A stretch of 62,760 nucleotides of DNA, counting the filler, from Sphacelaria rigidula (lineage: Eukaryota), in assembly GCA_964200075.2 (NCBI GenBank). It is 10 parts of 10 records of this genome, joined end to end, with 100 filler letters (N's around TTAATTAATTAA, not from the genome) between each part and the next. Parts side by side here need not be neighbours in the genome. Positions count along the whole stretch, not along the records: positions 50,291 to 56,475 come from CAXNAA020021656.1; positions 56,576 to 62,760 come from CAXNAA020021657.1; 8 more parts are not named here. One strand, written 5' to 3'. The notes beneath the pieces are model-generated. The model worked only from the letters and a program-made list of their open reading frames with translations. It searched no databases and was not told the DNA's origin. Numbering within the stretch: position 1 is the first letter of the stretch; every line of letters begins with the position of its first letter. This document shows positions 53,701 to 62,760 of this stretch, one piece after another. The position numbers and the translations under genes are program-made.

Positions 53701-55572
53701 CAAGGAGTATACAGTACCATCCGTACCCATATATTCAAACAGCCAACAAAGAAAGGCAAGAGACAAGAAATATCTACACGGGAAAAAAGGGCACCTGCTA
53801 CTGTACTACAAAAGATCCGCCAAAGACCGATTGAATCACTGGGTCGTAGTCACTCTAATTATGACGCGCTCGTACTTCCTCGATGCGTATCCAAGGGCGA
53901 GTCGACACTGTGTGTGATATCCGATAGTAGTGCCGGGAACGGCAATGGTCCTGGACGCTGGTAAACGTCCGCAACAGTATCACGTAAATCTTAGGATCAC
54001 GGTGTGTATGTGTGCGTGTGTGTTTTAGAATCATCCTCCTGATGACGTCTTCGGGGAAACATTCATGCGGTTTTTCCGGAAGTCCATTCGACCCTACTCC
54101 ATGCAGTCCAACCACCTGCCTCCAGTGTAGTCCGATCACGTCAAACGTCGCACCCCTCTCGGCGCCCCCGCACTTGGCGTATGTGCCCTTCTCTTGTCCT
54201 CTTCCTTTCAGGAGCATGTCGATGAGATCGTGACCCTGCTTTACCAGTACATCAACACTGTCAGGGAGGAAGGTTTGCAGGTGACGAGGACTGTCATTGC
54301 CGCCCTGAAATACGTGATTCTGCTGCAGCACAAAGGTCGTATGTGTCCATTTTCAACTGCACCAGTGAAGTACTCCAATATTTGCCATGATGTGCTGTTC
54401 GAAAAATATTCGTACTGGTACGAGTCCAATCCTCCACTTTTTCGAACGGTTAAGGTATACTGTGCGGGGTACAGACAGAGGGGAAGCATATGCCCGTGGT
54501 TGATTTTCTAGCGGAGGAATTTGACTGGTCGAAAAATGTTGATCGATGGCTCACGTCACCCATGGACCCAACGTCACGTTTTGCCAGAGGGGAGCATATT
54601 TGGCCATAGGTGACGTCACTCCGGGGGCGGGGGGGGATTTTGCTCAGTTCGAAGGATTCTCGGCCAATGAGATTCTCCCGCGGAAAACAAAAGACCAATC
54701 AGAAAACTGCCGGTGTGCTCCCCCTGTCTGCAGGTTGGCTTCTATGAGTATGGTTTCGGCCTAAAACTAGCGCTGGGCCATGCATGTTGACGCGTAGGCA
54801 GGTACAAAAAGGCCAAGGTACAGCGCAGAGTTATGTACGGAATACGCCCCACGCCGCACAGATGGCTCTTGTATGCTGCGGCTGCGTACTGTGTACGTAT
54901 TTTCATATTTTGTTCAGTTCTACAGTACCTCTTCTGCGCTTGCTGACTGCATTCATGATGATCATTTGATGAGATTTTTTCTTCCTCTCGCCCTCTCACG
55001 GACCATGACAAAACAAAAACCCAGCCCGATCCCATTTTCACGCTCGATATTTTATCAAGAAGAGCCACCTAACCTGGGTGTAATGCGCATCGAGTATAAC
55101 GGGGATCCATCACCTACTGCCGAGTTAGTCCCAGCACCTTTGTTCCCACAATGCATGGAACTGACCGTCCTTGTTGTTATTCTTCTCAAAGCAGGAGTGG
55201 ATTCAACTCGAGAGGAAGAGACTGTGGGATCTCTACTTCCGCTTCGCCAGCAAGTCGGCGCCCATGCAGTACGTCTCCGACCTGGCGGGTAGTATGCAAG
55301 ACATGCCCCCGGACCTCTCCGTGGCCGGTGACCGCCTTGTATTCGAGCATGACGCGGAGATGGTCGAGGAGGTGTTAAGCCGCATGGTGTCCAGCAATAT
55401 GCTGCTAATCGTCGTGGACAAGCGGTTCAAGGGCAAGACGGATAAGATGGAGCCGTGGTACGGCACGGACTACTCGGTCGAGTCTCTCCCGGAGGAGCTG
55501 CTGCAATCATGGGAAACATGTGGGAAAAACCCCGACATGCGCCTGCCTGGACCGAACCCTTTCATCCCCAAC
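50786..55572 (+). CDS. IDE: Insulin-degrading-enzyme-like metallopeptidase (M16A, insulinase), internal exons 50786-50848, 51680-51783, 52719-52875, 54212-54280, 55195-55572
   Basis: In-phase spliced peptide VINSNAPRPAFPGMQSFGPGQ|VKRRLNIVPVMETQQLIVIWPIPPLTAHFRSKPGG|YVGRLLGYECSGSLLSMLKHKGWAN...DSGM|EHVDEIVTLLYQYINTVREEGLQ|EWIQLE...KGKTDKMEPWYGTDY...LPGPNPFIPN is collinear with IDE (GHEGPGSLLSELKSKGW, EEWYGTQY, LPTKNEFIP). Confidence 0.93.
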
Positions 55573-56342
55573 GTGAGCAAAAACAACACACACGCACGAA
55601 CATCTCAGCAGAGAAAAAAACACAACAACGACAGAATACGGGAAGACAAAGGAGGCATCAGGGAGTTTCAAACGATTTGATTGCACCCGCCTCTTTATAC
55701 GTATCCGGTCCAATGCCAGAATATTTTCCAGCAGGTATTCCTTCCTTCCCGTAGAGTGATAGCTAGGAAGACATCCCACCCTGTACAGTATAGATCAGAC
55801 TGTCAAAAACTGTACTGCGTACAGCATCGACTATTGCAAGGTTGGGACAAGAGTCATCGTCGGGTTGAACCACCAAATTCACGATGTTTTAGGTCTGATT
55901 GCTCGAAAGAGAGAAAAAAAAATTGCCCGCTGGTCAAGGAAGTCTCCACGCAATTTTTGCGCCATTCCACGTGCCTGGGTTATAACGCTGAAAACAAAGC
56001 CCAAGAATTGATGTTGATTTGTACGGTACAGATCAGTTATACTAAAATCAAGTAATTTCTAGACGAATCATGGATTCGCTCGACCGTTGGACTATTGTTG
56101 CGTCTATTGCGATAGACAACAGATTCCACACTGTACGCAGTACACTTTTGAGTCTTTCTACGATACCTCCCCCCCCCCCAAAAAAAAAAACACTTCAAAA
56201 CTGTCTCGAAGGACGTGGCCATAGAGCGCCTGGTGTTATGTTTCAGGCTGCACGAAGCGCCTCCCTCATATGGGCGACATTGGCGAAAACGAACCCAAGC
56301 GTGGGAAACATCACCAAGCGCGAAGCGCCGTGGTGTATTTGG

Positions 56343-56475
56343 CGAGTTGCATGAAGGGTGAGCGGCATCCTGCTAAGATCGTTTGGCTCGAAGCCTACTG
56401 ATTATCTTGCATTTGGATTACAGCCTACAATGAGTTGCTTTATTCTCTGGTATCGCCATTCCCTGAGACAACCAC
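56343..56475 (+). repeat. Dispersed repeat; copy at ~61973-62109
   Basis: GCATGAAGGGTGA...GCATCCTG...TGATTATCTTGCATTTGGATTA...CTGGTATC shared. Confidence 0.75.
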
Positions 56476-57296
56476 NNNNNNNNNNNNNNNNNNNNNNNNN
56501 NNNNNNNNNNNNNNNNNNNTTAATTAATTAANNNNNNNNNNNNNNNNNNNNNNNNNNNNNNNNNNNNNNNNNNNNTACGCGTGCGCCGTTGGTGGGCTGG
56601 GGGTGGGGGGGGGGGGGGGTGGGGGGGGGGGGGGGGGGATCCGAATGGTAAAACAGTAACACAGACGCAGTAGCAATGTGTCTTGTTGTCACCAAACCAA
56701 CAAGCCATGAATATTCTCCGCAGTATGTACTGCAGTCAGCGAATCAGAGCGAGCTTCACACACCTTCGTTCAGTCGCTCTCATCTCTAAAGCCTCGAGAT
56801 TCAATCAACAATAATCCGGGTGCTATATATATATATATATATATGCCACGGAGACCGCTTGTATCTCACCTCACAAAAATCGTTAGCCTTCTCACAGGGT
56901 TTGATTTCGTGCTTTCCTACAAAAACATGACGAACGAATTCCGAATCTTTTCTTAGAGGGTGGTGCCGCTCGAGACAAGCAAAGAGAGTCTTGTCGTGTG
57001 TGTGCCTGAGACAGAGGCTTTGTTAAGATGTTCAAACTTGTATGTATTGATGGCTTTGTCTTAGTATTGCGGCATTCCAAACCCGCATATATATATATAT
57101 ATATATATATGTGTCTGTCATTCTAGTTAACATGCCATTATGGACTATTGCCTTGAGCTTTTTTATTTCCTAAGCGCAAACAAATCAACGCTGATGAAAT
57201 CATAACTCTGATTTTGTCCGTCGCAAAAGAGTCATAACTGTCGTTATGTTGACCCTCTTCCGTCTCGAAAGGGATGCGTGGTCGATGGTCAAACGA

Positions 57297-57983
57297 CTAA
57301 GGCGAGCAACGAATGAGTACGCCCCTCCCCCCCTTCCCAGCAAGACTGTGAAGATTTAGACTGCCGGTCAGTTCACTATAACTACCCCTCATTTTGAAAG
57401 AGGGGGAAGCCTTTGGTTGTTGATACGCATGATTTGCGTCGGCTTGCCGATTCCGTAGAAGTTGCACGAGAAACAGAGAAATAGCTCTTGTATGCAGCAG
57501 GTAGCTCAACGTCTTTTCTCGCGAGATGGCCAGAGAAATACGACATTGTCTCACGCTTGAAAAAAAGTCGTAAGTAGTGCAGAATTTTGACCGTTTGGCT
57601 GGTAAGTTCGCTAGTCCTTGAAAGGTTGCGTCCCTCCTGTTCGTGACTGGACAGCTATATAGCAAGATGTTGGTTGTGGGGAATGACCTCTTGTGGATGT
57701 TCCGTAGAGGACCGGTGCTGCGAAGCTCGAGGAACTCCAGGAGCGCACCACATCGCTTCCCACTTTTCATGCGTGTCGACTCTGTGAAAAGGCCAAGACA
57801 GTTCAAACGGTCCACCTCTGGAGCTGGTCCTAGAGAAAGTGAGTCTCTCTCCGCTTGCAGACGAGACAGCTAGCGAGCTGTTAATCGCGGGGAACAATTT
57901 CTCTTCGATACTGTCTAGGGGCTGGGAGCTTCAAAACCCCAGGAACCTTGGGAACATATTCTTCACATGAACTTCATCATTGT

Positions 57984-58026
<43 letters not shown>

Positions 58027-58037
58027 TTATCATGATC

Positions 58038-58072
<35 letters not shown>

Positions 58073-60259
58073 CAGTAGGAGTAGTAGTGGTGGTGGTGGT
58101 GGTGGTTGTTATAATCGATTTCTGACGGCATATTTCAGACATAAACGTTCCGGTTCTGCTGTCCGTACAGCTCACCTCTACTCGACTCCCGGCGACGACT
58201 TGCGAGCATTCGTCCTTGTAGTTCGTGGCGAGGTAGAGTTCATCATCCATGATGTTGGTGAAGTTGCTGGAGATGTTGACGAGGAGGTCTGCGGTATGGC
58301 TTGAGCGAAATTCTGCCCACGTGATCTCTGTGATTTCAGAAACAAGTTATATGACCGAGAATCATTAATGACATACTCAATCGGCTGAAAGTAGAGTACA
58401 TGCCAGTCAAGGGCCGCTCTAAAGGGTCATAACCCAGGCGGCAACGAGATTCCGGATATCTCGGGTCTGTGAGATGCCGAATAAGCTTCAACAATTACCA
58501 GGTACTACAGGAACAAAAGCTTGCGAGAACTACCGTTGCTTGTGTGCTCAGTGTTCGTGTAGTCACTACGATGCCCAAAGCATTTCGCGCCACTCGGACA
58601 TCCAATCCAAAGCTGCCCAACTAGTTAGTGATATATTCACGCTGACAAAAACGTGAGGCGAAGGCCGCTCATTACAGCAAACAAGCAAAACAATCCCGCG
58701 AAAATGCTCTTTTGGTCCTTCTTCGTCGTTTTACGCCCTAAAAGAGGGCAAGGCAGAGTTTTACACCTTTAGATGACTTGCTCTACTCGTCTAAGCGGTT
58801 CCAGGATACGTCCACGTTTTCCGGTGGTCGCAGTTTTTACTTTGGCCAAACTTGAACGTTTGCTCAAAAACGGTCAAGAACGGCCAAATCTAGGAGAAGT
58901 GCCATTTTCCTCGGGATTTGACCGTCTCTGGACGAAAATTTCACTTCGGCCGAACAAAAACTACGGCCACCGGAAAACGCGAAGATGTCCTGGAACCGCT
59001 TAGACGAGTACAGCAAGTCATTCCAAGGCGTCAAACTCCGCCTAGCTTTCTGTTTGGGCGTAAAGCGACGAAGAAGGACGAAAAAAGCGTTTCTACAGGA
59101 GGATTCGTTTTTCGTTTGCTATTATCGTAAGGAGCGGCCTGACAGAAAGGAAAAAAAAACGTTTCTAATTGCTATTATTTCTACACTGAGAAGATTCATG
59201 CTTCCACAGGGTAGCTCTTTTTTGTTGGAACGGAGTGAAACGAGGGCAATGTAAAAAGAAGAGCGCTTAGTATGTGTGGTGAGTCCTTTGGCGATAACTC
59301 CTTCGCGCGAACACGAGGATAGGTAGATATACCGTTCATCTCATAATCACCGGCTCTATTGTCGAACCGTTTCCCCAGCACCACGGTCGGTGATTATTGG
59401 TGCGAAACGTCTGGGTTCGGGCCGAGAGCAAGTTCATACATACCTTGTAAAGCGCAAGAGAAAATCGGACAGAACCCAACAACTAGGGGGTATTTTGCAC
59501 GTTTTCTCTGGCGTGTTTGTTCGCGATCCTTATTTTTGTTCCGTCGCTGAACTTTCTGGCGCCAGAAATAAATAGCCAAACATGTATGTACCGATCTCTT
59601 TCAAGACAGTGGAGCTACCCCTGCCAAGACAACAGTCAGTCCGCTCTGGTATTTATTTACCCATACCGTAAAGCTTTTCATCTTTGCCGGAGGGTTTGAA
59701 ACAAGAAAGGCACGCTTTTACAGACGAAAATCGCGGTTTTGTTCCTGAGAGAGCACGTGGTCTGCAGTGAATGATGGCCGACGGGGAACACGAAAGATGA
59801 GAACGAGGGAGCATGTGCTTCCGCAACTACCGTCGTCTTCTGCTAGTTCTCCCTCTCGCTCGCACCCACCTTCTTCGTTACCGTTCTCAGTGGAGCATGA
59901 GTCATCGTCAGAGTACGCTAGATTGACGTCCCAAACCGGCACCGTGGTCTGATATCTAACATCTGTATTTTGAGAATGGAATGGTTCCGGAGGGCATCAG
60001 CATGGGGGTTTTCGCCATATGCATGTTTAAATACATATATATATATATATACATGTGGACATATATCGTGGTATGCATATATCGCCAAAAACAGTGAAGC
60101 TCTGGCTCGTGCAGCATTGCAAAATTGTATCGTCATCATCCTATCGGCCGTATATTCATGTATTGGACGCGTGGAACTTTGGACCTGCGTAGTCCTTGAT
60201 GTCAACAGCGACTTGTGGTGGAGGGTTTCGTGTGCAGCGTAGTGCTCGTGTGAATACCG
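57297..60259 (-). CDS. Uncharacterised multi-exon gene; exons 60259-60185, 59948-59831, 58327-58176, and 57869 onward (end uncertain, frame open to 57297)
   Basis: Four AG/GT-bounded segments join in phase (0,1,0): RYSHEHYAAHETLHHKSLLTSRTTQ|TTVPVWDVNLAYSDDDSC...LAEDD E|ITWAEFRSSHTADLLVNISSNFTNIMDDELYLATNYKDECSQVVAGSRVE|LSRLQAERDSLSLGP...; no family recognised. Confidence 0.6.
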
Positions 60260-60909
60260 CTGTTTGCGCCATTGATTAATCGTCCGATTGGCCGATTGGT
60301 TGGTTGGTCGATTGTGTTGGTTGATTAGTTGATTCGTTGATTGGTTGATTGGTTGATTGGTTGATTGGTCGAGCGACCGTCGATTGCTTGATCGCTTGAT
60401 TGCTTGTCGCACATTACCATTATGAACTGATCCACTATACGAAGTCAGCCGTAGCCATAAGATGGGGCATCAAACGCAAATAAACGGACACACCAGAAGA
60501 AGGAGACTCGAGAAAGGGAAAGCAAACATTCGTTGCGAGTGGGTGATGGACCACGCGAACCGGAGCAGGCCGATCGTTTCCCAAACAAGAGGTGTGTTTC
60601 ACGCTAACTGCTCACCACATACTCGGGGCGCGTACTACTTCAATTTTTACCAGCAAATCAATGAGGATAAAAAACGACATTGTGGTCGCAGTTTTGACAC
60701 AAAAGCACCAAGATGGACGGAAATTACATAATATATTTCCTCACATATACCTGCACCACAACATAAGAAGTGTAGAAATATATAAACGCTGTGACCTCTA
60801 CATCATCGCTGCCCTGCTGCACCTTACCCGTTAAGCATATGTAGCCCTGACCAGTAACATGCACACAAGGTACAGACGGTATCCGAATGATGACAGTTTT
60901 ATTTTCCGA

Positions 60910-61170
60910 CTATATAGATTCAGTGAGAGCGAGGTTTTGCGAGGAGCGTTTGGCATAATTTCCTCGCCCTAAATCTGCACCATTTGCTCGCCTTGGCCCC
61001 TCAGACTTGCGCGAGGTAGGCGAGGTAAGCGAGGTGGGCGAGGTAGGGGAGGTAGGAGAGGTAGGCGAGGAGTCATTCAAAGTGCCGAAGTTGACAAGGA
61101 GTTCGCCGCCGACGGTGTCAAAAATGATACCTGGGTCATCCCGACGAAAAATATGATAGAACAAATCTCG
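60910..61170 (-). CDS. Candidate terminal exon with an (SPT)6 repeat
   Basis: ORF ...DSSPTSPTSPTSPTSLTSPTSRKSEG...* whose 9-nt repeat varies mainly at synonymous positions. Confidence 0.4.
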   Translation of the reverse strand, partial: RDLFYHIFRRDDPGIIFDTVGGELLVNFGTLNDSSPTSPTSPTSPTSLTSPTSRKSEGPRRANGADLGRGNYAKRSSQNLALTESI

Positions 61171-62678
61171 CTACTGCTTCCTGCACGAGATCCGTTCCCC
61201 CCCCTCCCTATGAATTTCATTTCAGGGGCGCTTGGGGCTTGGGAGAAACGTTCGGGCATTTTTTAGAAGCCCGCTGCAAGGTTTAATAAGAGGCGTGTAG
61301 AAGATTAATGGAATTGTTCTGGAAGCCTGTCCATTAATTTCCCATGGCCTACTTGCATACTGTATACAGTGTCTGTTTCATTATGGGGCAGTTTTAGATA
61401 TCAAAACGTTTTTCTGTGCACAACATCTGAGGAACTCATCACGGCAAGAAAACGAAACTGGGCTGCCGTAAACGTCTGTATGTAACAGCAATAATTGACC
61501 AAAAATAAATAGGAGTCTCTACTGGAGTCGAAATAAATACATGACCACCAGGAGTCATTTTGCGTACAGGCTACCGGGGCCCTAGTTTCTTTCCCCTTTG
61601 AAGTGAGCATTCAATAGATTTTCACACCCTTGCAATTGTTTCTAATAGCCAAATCCGAGTCTACTACTGTTGTCAAGGGGGCAAATGTCACAATAATATG
61701 AGTCCTACCAAGCCAGACTAGAGTTGGCCAACTTCGAAGACACTCCTGAGACTCATGATTCCCTAATTTTTTCCTACAACTGATCTCCAGCTCTGCTATT
61801 TTTCCGAACCAATCCAAGTAGGGAGGTGAGTGGGGGGGTGCACTGATGATCTTGCATACCATAGTCATGAGATCATTGATCTCGCATCCCTACAAAGCTG
61901 GGATGAAGCACGACGGGTTTTCACTAGACCAGGCTCGCAATTATTAAGCTCGAAGTGCTGTGATGTGTTCGGTGAGTCGCATGAAGGGTGATCTGCATCC
62001 TGTTGTTAAGATTGTTCGGGGGCGATTTGTATTGATTATCTTGCATTTGGATTATAGTCTCCAATAAGTGACTTTATTATCTGGTATCAACACTTCCAGA
62101 GACAGCCACGGGTTGCATTGCCTCGTGGATGTCCCACCATTTCAACACTGCACCGTACGATAATCTGCTTTGCGCGGAGTTGAGGTTCTCCACCCCACAC
62201 AGTATGGTACATCTCGGCCATCGTCATGGTTACCGCAGAAAACTCGAGCGAGAGGAAAAAGCGTAACCTGGTTGCCTAACTTACGCGAATGAGTGGCGTG
62301 TTTTACAGCGTCATTGCCAACCGACGCCAACCCTAAAAATAATGGGAGGGCGGGGGGGGGGTGTACTCAGTATCTTTCATGCTGTAGTCATCATGACCAT
62401 TGACCTCGGATCCCTACAAAGCCGGGACATAGCAAGTCGGAATTTTGCCGGACCAGGCTCAAGGGCGCGCAGAAGGAGGGGGGAGGAGAAGATACCGGGA
62501 AGTGCGCCTTTATGCCAGAAATTGGTAATAATGAATACCAATTCCTTCGGTGAATCTATCTCAGCAACTATTTGCGCATTTTCACCCTCTAGATCACCAA
62601 CCACGGTATGCTATCAGGTCGTCACTACCTCAAGGGGAGCCTAAGAGTGGCCTCTTCGTTTGTACCAACAATTCGTGC

Positions 62679-62733
<55 letters not shown>

Positions 62734-62760
62734 ACTCGCCACAAACCACCAACACAAAAA

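Overview
Eukaryotic, repeat-rich, intron-rich DNA. It is most likely from a brown alga or another stramenopile, inferred from short GT-AG exons with long introns, TTAGGG-like motifs inside repeats and the repeat repertoire. The window is not one locus. It is ten unrelated contigs of 6185-6187 bp, ordered by decreasing length and joined by 100-nt N/TTAATTAATTAA/N linkers, so adjacency across linkers means nothing. Gene fragments reconstructed by hand-splicing: an EF-hand protein (contig 2); a carnosine N-methyltransferase-like gene and a peptidase-M41-like gene whose stop codons face each other only 34 bp apart (contig 4); five exons of an insulinase/IDE-like M16A peptidase (contig 9); and an uncharacterised minus-strand multi-exon gene (contig 10). 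The rest is a dense mosaic of MITEs and non-autonomous DNA transposons (several with clear TSDs), SINEs, microsatellites and a degenerate LINE. The most notable signal is two related non-LTR retroelement families that end in GAGTAC plus poly(C) rather than poly(A). In the family tied to the LINE ORF there is almost no 3'UTR. Their last ~70 nt fold into a conserved multi-stem RNA, and they have left 10 short copies with near-fixed 5' ends, mostly in G/C homopolymer tracts.
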